Source: Myxococcota bacterium (GTDB taxonomy: Bacteria > Myxococcota_A > UBA9042 > PHBI01 > JAWLBL01). From it: DNA of 64,000 bases. This document shows, piece after piece, positions 1 to 10,600 of the stretch. Within the stretch, counting starts at the first letter, position 1. Each line of letters starts with the position of its first letter. Below the pieces are notes generated by a model. That model was not told the DNA's origin and did not search any database. It saw nothing but the letters and a program-made list of their open reading frames with translations. Location of the stretch: NCBI GenBank assembly GCA_041687695.1, contig JAWLBL010000008.1, forward strand, positions 64,001-128,000. The letters run 5' to 3'. The translations under genes were made by a program, and so were the position numbers.

Positions 1-1
1 G

Positions 2-772
2 CGTTCCGTGACCGCTCTGCACGCGAGCATCGGTGGCGGCGACGGCTCGCGGGCCGCCTCCTGGGCGCTGCTGCGCCAGCTGTTCGAGGAGGCCGCGCTC
101 TTCCAGCGGACGCGCGCCCAGTGGGAGCGCAACGCCAGCCGGCCCTTCGCCAACCACTGGCGTGACCTCGAGGCGGTCCAGGCCGCGCTCGCGCGCGAGG
201 TCCCGCTGGTCGTGCAGGCCGACCGCGCCTCGGACATCGAGGCCGCGCTGGCGCTGGCGCGGGCCCACGACCTGCGGCTGGTCGTCGCCGGCGGCGCCGA
301 GGCGTGGCTGCTGGCGGACGCCCTGGCCGAGCGGCGCGTCGGCGTCATCGTCGACCCGCTGCTCTATGGGCCCGGGAGCTTCGACCAGGTGCACGCGCGC
401 GTGGACAACGCGGCCATGCTGCGGGCGCGGGGGGTGCCCGTGATGCTCAGCACCTTCGACGCGCACAACGTCCGGCGGCTGCGGCAGATCGCGGGGAACG
501 CGGTGCGCGGCGGGCTGCCCTGGGAGGCGGCGCTCGAGGCCATCACCAGGACGCCGGCCGAGGTGTTCGGCTGGCCCGACCAGGGACGGCTGCAAGCCGG
601 CGCGGTCGCGAACGTGGTCGTCTGGAGCGGCGACCCGCTGGAGCTGTCGACGCGGGCCGAGCGGGTGTTCGTCCGGGGGCGCGAGGTGTCGCTGGAGACA
701 CGCCAGACGAAGCTGCGCGACCGTTACCTGACGTTGCCGGGGACGCCGGCGCCGCCGCTGCCGCTGCCTTGA
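2..772 (+). CDS. Amidohydrolase family protein (imidazolonepropionase-like), 5' truncated by window edge
   Basis: Open frame from window start. C-terminal motifs ALEAITRTPAEVFG and GRLQAGAVANVVVWSGDPLE are typical of amidohydrolase-superfamily C-termini. Confidence 0.75.
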   Translation, partial: RSVTALHASIGGGDGSRAASWALLRQLFEEAALFQRTRAQWERNASRPFANHWRDLEAVQAALAREVPLVVQADRASDIEAALALARAHDLRLVVAGGAEAWLLADALAERRVGVIVDPLLYGPGSFDQVHARVDNAAMLRARGVPVMLSTFDAHNVRRLRQIAGNAVRGGLPWEAALEAITRTPAEVFGWPDQGRLQAGAVANVVVWSGDPLELSTRAERVFVRGREVSLETRQTKLRDRYLTLPGTPAPPLPLP

Positions 773-775
773 GCG

Positions 776-1456
776 TCAGGGCAGCTCGGGCGGGGGCTCG
801 CCCAGCTCGTCACCCAGCTGCAGCAGGAAGGCGCGCATGAGATCGGCGCGGCGCTCGGCCTCGGCCCTGCCAGCGGCGGTGTTCATCGTGGCGGGCAGGC
901 GCAGCAGCTTGGTGAAGAAGTGGTCGACCGAGAAGCGCCGGTCGTCGAGCGGGCGCTCGCGGGCCCAGGGGTCCTCGGTGTCGAAGTAGTGCGCGCCCAT
1001 GCGGGTGCCGGTCGAGATGGTGCGGCAGATGCCGATGGCGCCGACGGCCTCGAGGCGGTCGGCGTCCTGCAGGGCCTTGCCCAGGGGCGTGCGCGGGGTG
1101 GCGCCGCGGGAGTAGCTGTGGTCGCGGATGGCCTCGCAGATGTCGGCGACCTCGTCGTCCTCGAAGCCGTGGCGGGCCAGCAGATCGCGGGCGGCGGCGG
1201 CGCACAGCTCGCTGGCGCGGGCGCGGTCGGGCGAGTCCTTGGGGACGTTGACGATGTCGTGCAGCAGGGCCGCCGCGATGGCGTGGCGCGGGTCGACGTC
1301 GGGCGCGCCGATGCGCAGGGTCCACAGGGCGACGCGCAGGACGTGCGCGAGGTCGTGGCCGGGGTCGTCGTCCATCAGCTGCCGGACGTCGTCGTACAGG
1401 GCCGACAGGGCCGGGTCGTGGGCGATGAGCGACAGGAGGGCGTGGCGGCTGTCCAT
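776..1456 (-). CDS. HD domain metal-dependent phosphohydrolase (YedJ-like)
   Basis: GHDLAHVLRV, AALLHDI, HSYS and QDADRLEAVG motifs. Start moved to the ATG at 1456 (MDSRHALL). Confidence 0.85.
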   Translation of the reverse strand: MDSRHALLSLIAHDPALSALYDDVRQLMDDDPGHDLAHVLRVALWTLRIGAPDVDPRHAIAAALLHDIVNVPKDSPDRARASELCAAAARDLLARHGFEDDEVADICEAIRDHSYSRGATPRTPLGKALQDADRLEAVGAIGICRTISTGTRMGAHYFDTEDPWARERPLDDRRFSVDHFFTKLLRLPATMNTAAGRAEAERRADLMRAFLLQLGDELGEPPPELP

Positions 1457-1467
1457 GCGGGCACTCG

Positions 1468-2109
1468 CTAGGAGGCTGTAGTCAGGGCGAAGAGGAGCTG
1501 GGCGCCATAGTACAGCGGCAGGCCCCACAGGCGGTTGAGCAGCGTCGCATGGACGAAGCGCTCGCGGGCCACGGCGAGATCGGAGAGATAGAACGCGAAG
1601 GCGGCGACGAGCAGCCGCAGGTCCGGAGCGACCGCGAAGGTGGCGGTGGCGAGGGCGACCATGGCCGTAATGACGGCGATGTACAGGACGACCGGGGTGC
1701 GGAGGGCGCCGCGGACGTGCGCGAGCAGCCAGCGGCCGACCAGGGCGGCGACGAGCCCGAGGGCGGCCAGGGCGATGGCGACGACGGTGGGGTCTACGCC
1801 GCGCAGGACGAAGGCCCAGGCGTAGGCGACGTGGCCCAGGAGAAAGGCGACCAGGCCCGCGAGGAACCAGCGCTTGTCGCGTGAGATGAGGCAGACGTCG
1901 CCGACGAAGGACAGGGCCAGCGCGACGAGGACGACGCGGCCGTAGGGGGTCGCCATGGCGTCGACGGCGACGGCGGCGAGCAGGAAGCCCGTGGAGGCGA
2001 CGACCTTGCTGGCCCCGGAAGCCGCGGGCAGGCCGCGCCACTGAAACAGCAACATCCCGAAGACGCCCAGCACGGTCATGGCCGCGCCGACGAGCAGCAG
2101 CGTGTTCAT
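1468..2109 (-). CDS. YhhN/TMEM86 family membrane protein (lysoplasmalogenase-like)
   Basis: Multiple TM helices with LALSFVGDVCL, FLAGLVAFLLGHVAY, FYLSDLAVA and LPLYYGAQLL motifs. ATGA overlap with the upstream gene. Confidence 0.85.
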   Translation of the reverse strand: MNTLLLVGAAMTVLGVFGMLLFQWRGLPAASGASKVVASTGFLLAAVAVDAMATPYGRVVLVALALSFVGDVCLISRDKRWFLAGLVAFLLGHVAYAWAFVLRGVDPTVVAIALAALGLVAALVGRWLLAHVRGALRTPVVLYIAVITAMVALATATFAVAPDLRLLVAAFAFYLSDLAVARERFVHATLLNRLWGLPLYYGAQLLFALTTAS

Positions 2110-5100
2110 CGGTCACCCCATCCGCCGCCGCCCGGCGTGGCGACCCTGACACGGTCGCCCGGGGCGAGCGCCACGGAGGCGCCGTCCCAGGCCCGCCAGG
2201 CGCCCGCGGTGAAGACCTGGTCCTGGCCGGGTTGGCCGGGCGCGCCGCCGTCGAGCCCGGGCGCGCCGCGATCGCGTCGCGTGGCGAGCAGCGCGGCTGT
2301 GCCGGGGGCGAGGACCTCCAGCTCTCGCACGAGGCCGTCGCCGCCGGCGTGCCGGCCGTCTCCGCCGCTGCCGCGGCGGATGGCGAAGCCGCGGACGCGC
2401 AGGGGCAGACTGGCTTCGAGCACCTCTACGTCGGTGATGCGGGTGTTGGTCATGTGGACCTGGCGGCCGTCCGGTCCAGGGCCGGCGGGCGAGGCGCCGG
2501 TGCCGCCGCCCACCGTCTCGTAGAGCGACCAGCCTTGGCCGCCGAGGGTCAGGTTGTTCATGGTCCCCTGTGAGGCCGCGCGCGCGCCCGCGGCGGCGAA
2601 GAAGAGGTCGACCAGACGCTGCGAGGTCTCGACGTTGCCGCCAACGACGGCGGCGTCCGGCGGCGGGGCGACCAGGGAGGGGGAGGGCGCGACGAGGTCG
2701 ACCCGGCGGAGGGCGCCCTCGTTGAGCGGGATGGGGCGGCCGACCAGGACGCGCAGGGCGTACAGGACGGCGGCGCGCAGCACGGCGGGCGGGGCGTTCA
2801 GGTTGCCCGGGTGCGGGCCGCCGGTGCCGGTGAGATCGACCCGCAGGCGGCCGTCCGAGACCGACAGGGCCAGGGCGAGCGGCAGGCCGGCCAGCGTGTC
2901 GTGGGCCCGGCCGGGGCGCAGCGTGGTCAGGACCTGGGCGACCGCCTCGTCGGCGACGTCGGCGAGGTGGGCCATCCAGGTGTCGAGGAGGTCCGGCGGG
3001 CCCAGGGCGGTCAGCAGGCGGGCGGCGTGGGCGTTCGCGGCGACCTGGGCCTCGAGGTCGGCCAGGACCAGGTCGGGCTGGCGGCAGCCGACCAGGGCGG
3101 CGGCGACCTCGGGGCGCAGGGCGCCTTGTCGCAGCAGGGGCAGGTGCCGGACGACGAAGCCTTCGTCGGCCAGGCGGCGGGAGTGCGGCGGCATCGAGCC
3201 GGGGGTGAGGCCGCCGACGTCGACGTGGTGGCCGCGCGAGGCGACGAACCAGCGCGAGTCGCCGGCGTGGACCGCGGTGACCACCGTCAGATCGGGCAGG
3301 TGCGAGCCGCCGGCGGCGGGATCGTTGGTCAGCCACGCCTGGCCGGCCGGCGGGTCGGGCAGGTGACGCAACAGATCGCGCACCGTCTCGCCCATCGCGC
3401 CCAGGTGGACGGGGATGTGCGGGGCGTTGGCGACCAGCTGGCCCGCGCCGTCGAAGACCGCGCACGAAAAGTCCAGGCGCTCGCGGATGTTCACCGAGCG
3501 GGCGAGGCGCTGCAGCGTGACGCCGGCCTCCTCGGCGACCGCCTGGAAGCGGTTGGCCCACAGCTCGACGGCGTACGGCGTTCGGTCGGTCGGCAGCTCG
3601 GGGGCGGGCGGGGCGGTCGCCTGGAGCCACAGCAGGCCCCGGTGGCGGCGCGCGGTCCAGCCGGGCGGCACCCAGACCGACGTGGTCCGCGTCGCCAGCA
3701 AGCGGGGCCCGGCGACCTGCGCGTCGGCCAGACCCCAGGGATCGTCGTCGACGGGCGGCAGCGGCGAAGCCGGACCGCGGACCCGCAGGCGGACGTTGAC
3801 CAGCTCGACGGCCTGACCCGGGCGGTCGAAGCCGAAGCGGCGCCGGTGCTCGTCCGCGAAGGCGGCCAGGGCCGCGTCGGGGCCGGCCTCGGGGCCGACG
3901 AAGACCTCGACGGCGTGATCGGTCCCGGCGTGGCGCAGCTCCAGGCTGGGGCGGCGCTCGGGGAAGCCCTGCGCCGCCGTCGGCAGCTGCGCCTCGAGCT
4001 CGCGCCAGGCGGCCTGTGCCTCGGGCCAGGCCTGGGGCATCGGCCGCCAGACCGCGCGCACGCCGTGCTCCTCGGGCCGCGCCAGGGCCTGCCCCCACGC
4101 GCAGAGGACCGAGGCGCACGGATGCACGAGCACCGTGCGGACACCCAGGCGGGCCGCGACCTCGGCGGCGTGCTGGCCGGCGGCCCCGCCGTACGAGACC
4201 AGCGCGTGGTCGCGCACGTCGACGCCGCGCGCGGCGGCCAGCTGGCGCACGGCCTGGGCCATCGCTTCGCGGGCGATGGACAGGAACTCGGCGGCCTCGC
4301 CAGGCAGGGCGACGCGGGTCGGGTCCAGCGGCGGGTCGAAGGCGAGCGGGTCGACCAGCCCCTCGACGAGGGCCGCGTCGGTCAGGGTCGGCGGGCCGCC
4401 GCGTCCGTAGCACTGCGGCCCCGGGTTCGCGCCGGCGGACGCTGGGCCGACGCGCAGCCGCAGGCCGTCGCTGGTCAGGATCGACCCGCCTCCGGCCGCG
4501 ATGGTGTCGACCTCGAGCATGGGGCGCCGCACCCGCACGCCGGCCACGCGGACGTCGCCCTCGCGCCGTGGCAGCTGGCCGACGTCGACCCGGCAGATGT
4601 CGGTCGAGGTGCCGCCCATGTCCAGCCCGATGGCCCGCTGGAAGCCCGCCTGCGCGGCGATGGCCTCGACGGCGAGGACCCCGCCGGCCGGCCCGGACAA
4701 GACCGCCTCGGGGGCGTGCAGCGCCGCGGCCGGCGCGTGGCTGCCGTCCGAGCGCATGGCGCGGGCGTCGGGCGCGATGCGGTCCCGCGTGAGCGCGGCC
4801 TTCAGCGCGGGCGTGATGGCGGCGTCGACCAGCGTGGTCTCGATGCGGGCGAGGTAGCCGACCTCGGGCGACGCCTCGTGGCCGAGGGCGACGTATGGGA
4901 CCCCCAGCCGCCGCAGGTGATCGCCGGCAGCGCGCTCGTGGGAGGGGTCGGCGTAGCTGCCGACCAGCACCACGGCGGCGGCCTCGAAGCCGGCCACGGC
5001 CTCGGCGGTCAGGGGCGACAGGTCCAGCGCTTCGACCTCGGCGCCGTCGGGGGCGTGGCGGCCGCCGATCTCGATCGCCGCGGCGCACAGCGGCGCCGGC

Positions 5101-5375
5101 CAGCGCGCGTCCGGATCGAACAGGGCGGGGCGGGCCTGGTCGCCGATCCACGCGAGGTCCGCGAGCCCGCGCGAGGCGACCAGCAGGGTGCGGACGCCCT
5201 TGCCCTCGAGCAGGGCGTTGGTCGCCACGGTCGTCCCGAAGGTCAGCTCGCCCACCGCGAGCGCCCCCACCACGGCGGCGTCGGACGGCACCTTGCGCAC
5301 CTCGACGCGGCCGTCGTCGTGCGCGATGACGACGTCGGTGAAGGTGCCTCCCCGGTCGACGAAGGTTCGGGCCAT
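2106..5375 (-). CDS. Fused hydantoinase A/B, ATP-dependent 5-oxoprolinase-like protein
   Basis: [67 protein letters not shown] and TPGGGGWG motifs. Confidence 0.9.
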   Translation of the reverse strand: MARTFVDRGGTFTDVVIAHDDGRVEVRKVPSDAAVVGALAVGELTFGTTVATNALLEGKGVRTLLVASRGLADLAWIGDQARPALFDPDARWPAPLCAAAIEIGGRHAPDGAEVEALDLSPLTAEAVAGFEAAAVVLVGSYADPSHERAAGDHLRRLGVPYVALGHEASPEVGYLARIETTLVDAAITPALKAALTRDRIAPDARAMRSDGSHAPAAALHAPEAVLSGPAGGVLAVEAIAAQAGFQRAIGLDMGGTSTDICRVDVGQLPRREGDVRVAGVRVRRPMLEVDTIAAGGGSILTSDGLRLRVGPASAGANPGPQCYGRGGPPTLTDAALVEGLVDPLAFDPPLDPTRVALPGEAAEFLSIAREAMAQAVRQLAAARGVDVRDHALVSYGGAAGQHAAEVAARLGVRTVLVHPCASVLCAWGQALARPEEHGVRAVWRPMPQAWPEAQAAWRELEAQLPTAAQGFPERRPSLELRHAGTDHAVEVFVGPEAGPDAALAAFADEHRRRFGFDRPGQAVELVNVRLRVRGPASPLPPVDDDPWGLADAQVAGPRLLATRTTSVWVPPGWTARRHRGLLWLQATAPPAPELPTDRTPYAVELWANRFQAVAEEAGVTLQRLARSVNIRERLDFSCAVFDGAGQLVANAPHIPVHLGAMGETVRDLLRHLPDPPAGQAWLTNDPAAGGSHLPDLTVVTAVHAGDSRWFVASRGHHVDVGGLTPGSMPPHSRRLADEGFVVRHLPLLRQGALRPEVAAALVGCRQPDLVLADLEAQVAANAHAARLLTALGPPDLLDTWMAHLADVADEAVAQVLTTLRPGRAHDTLAGLPLALALSVSDGRLRVDLTGTGGPHPGNLNAPPAVLRAAVLYALRVLVGRPIPLNEGALRRVDLVAPSPSLVAPPPDAAVVGGNVETSQRLVDLFFAAAGARAASQGTMNNLTLGGQGWSLYETVGGGTGASPAGPGPDGRQVHMTNTRITDVEVLEASLPLRVRGFAIRRGSGGDGRHAGGDGLVRELEVLAPGTAALLATRRDRGAPGLDGGAPGQPGQDQVFTAGAWRAWDGASVALAPGDRVRVATPGGGGWGDR

Positions 5376-5451
5376 CGCGAGCGCCCCTTCGAAAGACGAA
5401 GGCCCCGGGAGCGCGCCCCCGAGGCCGTCGACGTGCCGTGAGGTCAGGGGC

Positions 5452-5853
5452 TCACTGACCGAAGGTCATGCGCCACTGCTCGTTCGAGCGGGGGTCGCGC
5501 AGGGTCAGCGTGCGCGGGTCCCACGCGATCTGGTAGCTCAGGACGCGGTCGTTGCCCTGGGCGTCCTTGAGGTACAGGTTGTTGCGCTGCAGCGTGTAGG
5601 TGCCCGTGGTCTTGGTGCTGGGGCACGGCGGCTGGCCACAGGGGCGGATGAGCTCCCAGGTGTAGCGGCCGTCGGCCTGCAGCGAGATGCGGCTGTTCGC
5701 CGCGCCCCACGAGCCGATGATGGCCTCGGAGTCCGGGGGCCGCTGGACTTGGGTCGGCCCGGGATCCGGCTGGACCGTCTCCTTGTCGCCGCAAGCGGCC
5801 GTCGACAGGGTCAGGCTGAGGGCGACGAGGCCCAGGACTCGAACGAGGCGCAT
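5452..5853 (-). CDS. Hypothetical lipoprotein (small beta-rich domain)
   Basis: Start ATG 5853 with GGAGGA RBS. Lipobox STAAC; CGQPPC Cys pair. Confidence 0.7.
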   Translation of the reverse strand: MRLVRVLGLVALSLTLSTAACGDKETVQPDPGPTQVQRPPDSEAIIGSWGAANSRISLQADGRYTWELIRPCGQPPCPSTKTTGTYTLQRNNLYLKDAQGNDRVLSYQIAWDPRTLTLRDPRSNEQWRMTFGQ

Positions 5854-6024
5854 CGGTTCCTCCCGGTAGGCAGGGGGCTGTGGAGCGTTCGACGCCGCGG
5901 CGCAGGACCTGCCCGCGGGGCCACTCTCCAGGGTAGGTTGCGTGGTCCGCGCGAACTTACGTGCTCGCGCGGCCAGCGTCAACGAGCGTCGTCGTGGCCG
6001 TTGGCGACCGGCGCGCGCGTCGCC

Positions 6025-6813
6025 TCAGCGCTTGGACCCCGAGTCCGGCAGGTGCACGAACATCGCGCGCACCGGGTCGGTGTCGTCGCCGTAGAGGTAC
6101 GCGGGCCCCAGCGAGTTGCCTCGCAGCGAGGCGTCGACCTTGGTCAGCCCGTCCTCGAGCTGCGGGCCGCGGCGGTTCTTCCAGCCCGCGCGCTCGTTCT
6201 CCTGCTGCTGCGCCCACTGCGCCTGCAGCATGATGAGGTCCTGCAGCCGGTCGGGCAGCTGCGCCGCGAGCGCGTACAGGACCAGGCCGGCCACCTCGGC
6301 GTCGGCCGCCGCGCGGTGCGCGTTGGTCAGCTCGATGCCCAGGCGCGCGGCGACGGCGCCCAGGTTGGCCGCGCCCTGGCCGCGGTGCAGCTCGCGCGCG
6401 AAGACCAGCGGGTCGACGTACTGCGTGTCGACCCAGGTCAGGCCGGCCCGCTCGAGCTCCGCGCGGATGAAGGCGCGGTCGAAGGCCAGGTTGTAGGCGC
6501 AGAAGACGTGCCCGTCGAGCCGCCGGCGGACCTCGGACGCGATGGCGCCGAACGTCGGCGCGCCGACCAGCTCCTCGGGCTGGATGCCCGTGATGCGGAC
6601 GGCGTCCTCGGGGACCTCGCGCTCGGGGTTGACCAGCGTGCTCCAGCGCTCGACGACCTGGCCGCCGCACATGTGGATGATCGCTATCTCGATGACGCGA
6701 TCGACCGCCGGGTCGAGGCCCGTGGTCTCGACGTCCACCACGGCCAGCGGGCAGGCGTTCCAGAGATCGGTCAGCGAAAATCGCGCCGCGGACGGGGCGG
6801 TCGTGGCGGTCAT
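6025..6813 (-). CDS. DEDDh 3'-5' exonuclease (DnaQ/PolIII epsilon-like)
   Basis: ExoI VVDVETTGL, ExoII AYNLAFD, ExoIII HRAAADA; GAGGAG RBS. Confidence 0.9.
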   Translation of the reverse strand: MTATTAPSAARFSLTDLWNACPLAVVDVETTGLDPAVDRVIEIAIIHMCGGQVVERWSTLVNPEREVPEDAVRITGIQPEELVGAPTFGAIASEVRRRLDGHVFCAYNLAFDRAFIRAELERAGLTWVDTQYVDPLVFARELHRGQGAANLGAVAARLGIELTNAHRAAADAEVAGLVLYALAAQLPDRLQDLIMLQAQWAQQQENERAGWKNRRGPQLEDGLTKVDASLRGNSLGPAYLYGDDTDPVRAMFVHLPDSGSKR

Positions 6814-6826
6814 GTCGTGGGGCTCC

Positions 6827-7666
6827 TCAGGTTTCGCCGTCGATGCGGATGGCGATCTGATACACGCGCCGCCGGCTCACGCCCAGCCTGTCGGCGATCT
6901 CCTGGGCCGCCTCCTTCTTGCGGACGCCGCCGCCGAGCAGCGGCAGCAGCGCCTGCGCGATGTCGCGGTCCGACACCTCGCCGTCGCTGGCCGCGCGGTG
7001 CACCAGCAGCACCGCCTCGCCCTTGAGCCCTTCGGTGATCTGACGGCTCAGCTCGCGCGCCGTGCCGCGGTACCAGGACTCGTGACGCTTGGTCAGCTCG
7101 CGCGCGACGACCGTCGGCGCGTCCGGCAACGCCTCGGCCACGTCCGCCAGGATGTCGGGCAGATCCCGGGCCGGACAGAAGAAGACGTGCGTCCCCACGG
7201 TCAGCGACGACAACAGGGACACGCGCTCGCCGGGCTTCTTCGGGGCGAAGCCGTGGAAGACGAAGCGGTCGGTGGGCAGCCCCGCGACCGACAGGGCGGT
7301 GGTGACCGCGCTGGCCCCGGGCACCGGCACGACCTCGAACCCCGCGGCCAGCGCCGCGGCGACCAGGCGCTGACCCGGATCCGAGATGGCGGGCGTGCCG
7401 GCGTCGGTGACCAGGGCCACCGAGCGCCCCTGTCGGAGCAGCTCGACGAGCCCCTCGGTGCTGGCCGCCTCGTTGTGCGCCTCGTGGCGCAGCAGCGGCG
7501 TCTCGATGCCGTACTGCTCGCACAGGACGCGGGTCACCCGCGTGTCCTCGCACGCGATGCGGTCCACCTCACGGAGGATCCGCACCGCGCGAAAGGTCAT
7601 GTCCTCGAGGTTCCCGATGGGGGTCGCGACGACGTACAGCGCCCCCCCTGTGACCTGCCCGCCTAT
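6827..7666 (-). CDS. rsmI: 16S rRNA (cytidine1402-2'-O)-methyltransferase; start codon uncertain
   Basis: LYVVATPIGNLEDMTFRA, ACEDTRVT, VTDAGTPAISDPG, VPVPGASA and ARELTKRHE motifs. The conserved N-terminus lies upstream of the first in-frame ATG (7600); candidate ATA start at 7666. Confidence 0.9.
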   Translation of the reverse strand: MGGQVTGGALYVVATPIGNLEDMTFRAVRILREVDRIACEDTRVTRVLCEQYGIETPLLRHEAHNEAASTEGLVELLRQGRSVALVTDAGTPAISDPGQRLVAAALAAGFEVVPVPGASAVTTALSVAGLPTDRFVFHGFAPKKPGERVSLLSSLTVGTHVFFCPARDLPDILADVAEALPDAPTVVARELTKRHESWYRGTARELSRQITEGLKGEAVLLVHRAASDGEVSDRDIAQALLPLLGGGVRKKEAAQEIADRLGVSRRRVYQIAIRIDGET

Positions 7667-10600
7667 TCGAACATCTCCGAGTACTCGATCTGGATGCCCA
7701 TGTACTGCCGCAGGCTCAGGTACTGGTCGCTCATCGCGTACATCACCAGATCCTTGAGCTTGTCGGCCTTCTTGAGCTTGGACGTGCCGGCGACCTCCTC
7801 GCGCAGCAGGTGCCCGGCCAGCTCGACGTCGTCACACACGAGCAGCGCCGCGTGGATGGCCGTCAGCTCGACCTGGCGATGCCACAGGCCGATGTGCGGC
7901 ACCCGCCCGGACTGCTTCATCTCGGCGATGACCTGCGCGAGCTGCGTGCGGTTCTGCGGCGTGATGTCCTTGTCGAGCGCGGCGCGCGTCTCCCCGACCT
8001 GCTGCGCGATCTGCATCTTCAGCTCGTCGGGCATGTCCGCCTGCAGCTGCAGCTTGTAGCTCGGGTCGATGAGCGCCTCGGCCGCCATGAACATGATGTC
8101 GAGCTGCTCACGCTGGAACAGCGCCGCCATGATGTGCGTGTTGGTCAGGTACATCAGGCGCCGGGCGAGGTGGAACGCGAGGTCCTTTTCGCCCTTGCCC
8201 TGCAGCATGTCCGGCCCGATGGACAGGACCGGCGGCTGCGTGTCGAGGATCTCGATGCCCATGCGGGTCGAGCTGCGGTAGACCTCGGGCGGCTGCAGCC
8301 CGAGGATGCGGCAGACCGAGTTGATGACCGAGCAGATGAGCAGGCCCTCGCTCAGATCGATGCGGTCCTTCTTCTTGAGCCCGTGCTCCTTGAGCTGCTT
8401 GAGCGGCAGGCTCTTGTACAGGGACGCGTAGAGGATCGCGAAGACCTGCCCGAGGTACGGGTCCTCCTGCTGGCTGGCGACCAGCTGCGACATCGCCGTG
8501 GCGTCGACGATGCGGTTGGTCTCGGCCACCGCGGCCGACTGATGGTCGCGGTAGAACCGCTCCTCGTCCGGCTCGGCCCGGTTGAGCGCCACCAGCAGCC
8601 CGGCCATGACCCACGCCTTGTCGTAGGCCTTCATCCGCTTATAGAGCTCGACCAGCTTGTGGTAGCTGTCGAAGCGGTCCGGGTGCTGCCGGATGAGGTA
8701 GCGGTGCTCCTCGACGGCCTTGTCCAGCTGGTCCGGCGTCGACTCGTACAGCCCCGCCAGGATCTCGTGGATGGCCTCGTCGTCCGGCTTGATCTTCCGC
8801 GCCAGCTCGAACGCGCTGATGGCGTAGTCCGTGCGCTTGAGGCGCGAGCGGTAGATCTCGCCCAGGTTGCGGTAGAGCATGAAGTTCACCGCGCCGTACT
8901 TGGGCCAGCTGGCGCCCGCCTTCTGCACGCGCTGCAGCATGCGGCGGTAGTTCTGCTCGAGCGGCTTCCACTCCTTGGCGTGCGTCAGCAGCTCGTCGAT
9001 GGCGCGGAACGCCTCGAGCTTCTCGATGTTGTAGTCCAGCGTCAGGTTCAAGTACTTGATGGCCGACTCGCGGTCACCGACCTCGTCGCGGTAGGTGACG
9101 GCCGCCGTGTAGGCCCAGGTGGACTTGCGCCCGGCGTCCTCCTCGATCTCGATGATCTTGTTGATCCACCGGATCGCCTCGTCGAAGTTGCGCCGCTCGA
9201 TGTGCACCTGCACCAGCTGCATCAGCGGCGCCTTCGAGAAGTTCCCGTAGCCGACGGCCTTCTGGTAGGCCTCGACGGCCTTGTCCGGCTGGCGCAGGTT
9301 GTCGCGGAAGATGTCGGCGATCTTCAGCTGGATGTTGAACTTCGCGAGCGGCTCGGACTTGAGCGCCAGCAGCTGCTGCATGTAGCTGATGGCCCCCGCC
9401 CAGTCGCCGTGCGCCTCGAGCACCTCGACGATGCGCTCGATGGCGCCCGCGTTGTTCGGCTGGTGCTGGATGACCCGCGACAGGTACGTCTGCGCCACCG
9501 AGATGCGGCCCAGCTTCAGCGCGCTCTCGCCGAGGTTCAGGTACAGCAGGACGAAGTCCTCGTCGCTGAGCTCGGACCCGTAGGTGTCGATGACCTGCTG
9601 GTAGTAGCGCAGCGCCTCGGAGTAGTTCTGCTTCTTGAAGTGCAGCCGGGCGAGGCCCCGCAGCGTCTCCTTGTCGGGGCTCGCGTGCTCCACCGCGGCC
9701 GAGTACTCGTCGAGCGCGCGGTCGTCGTCGTAGACGGCCTCGGCGCACTGGCCCAGGCGCTTGTGCACCTGCGCCAGCCGCTCGCGGTCGCCGCGCGCGT
9801 CGAGCTTGTCGACCAGCACGTCGAGCAGCGGCATCGCCTTGGTCCAGTTCCGCGTCGCCATGTAGTGGTCGGCGAGCGGCCACAGCGTCTCCTCGGACTC
9901 CGGGTTGGCCTGGACCGACAGCTCGAGGTGCTCGAGGGCGCGGCCCTCGTCGTGCAGCTTGTCGCGGAACAGCGACGCCAGCTCGACGTGCACGTCGGCG
10001 CGCGCGACGTCGTCCTGCGCGTGCTGCAGCTTGTGCTCGAGGGTCTCGAGCACCAGATCGAAGCGCTCCTCGTAGCTGTACAGATCGATGAGCGCCTGCA
10101 CCGGCTGCGGGTGTCCCGGCCACTCGGCCAGCGCCTGCTTGTAGTGCTCGGCCGCCCCGAAGGCGTCGTTCAGCTCGTCGCGCCGGACCGAGCCCTGCTC
10201 GCAGTGCAGCGCGAGCCGCTCCTCGTGGCCCGACTCCACCGCCAGCGTGCGGTCGAGCGTCCCGATGAGCTGCTCCCACAGCCCCTGCTCGCGGTACAGA
10301 TCCCGCAGCGCGTCCAGCGCCGGCCGGTGCCCGGGCGCCTCGCTCAGCGCGCGCTCGTAGCTGCCGATGGCGCTGTCCAGATCGCCGATCTGGTCGCGGT
10401 AGACCGCCGCCATCGCCATCAGCGCCTGCGCCCGCTCCTCGGCGGTCTGCGCCACGCCGCGCTTCTTCTCGTACAGGTCGACCAGATCGTCCCAGCGCGA
10501 CGTCTCGGCGAAGATGCGCTCCAAGGCCTCGATGGCCTCGGCGTCGTCCGGCACGATGTACAGGATGCGCTGGAAGGCCTCGGCCGCCTGCTCGGCGTCC

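Noticed and set aside
2113..5151. Many long Arg/Pro/Gly/Ala-rich alternative-frame ORFs (here and throughout the window)
   Set aside because: Typical off-frame products of very GC-rich DNA overlapping well-supported genes.
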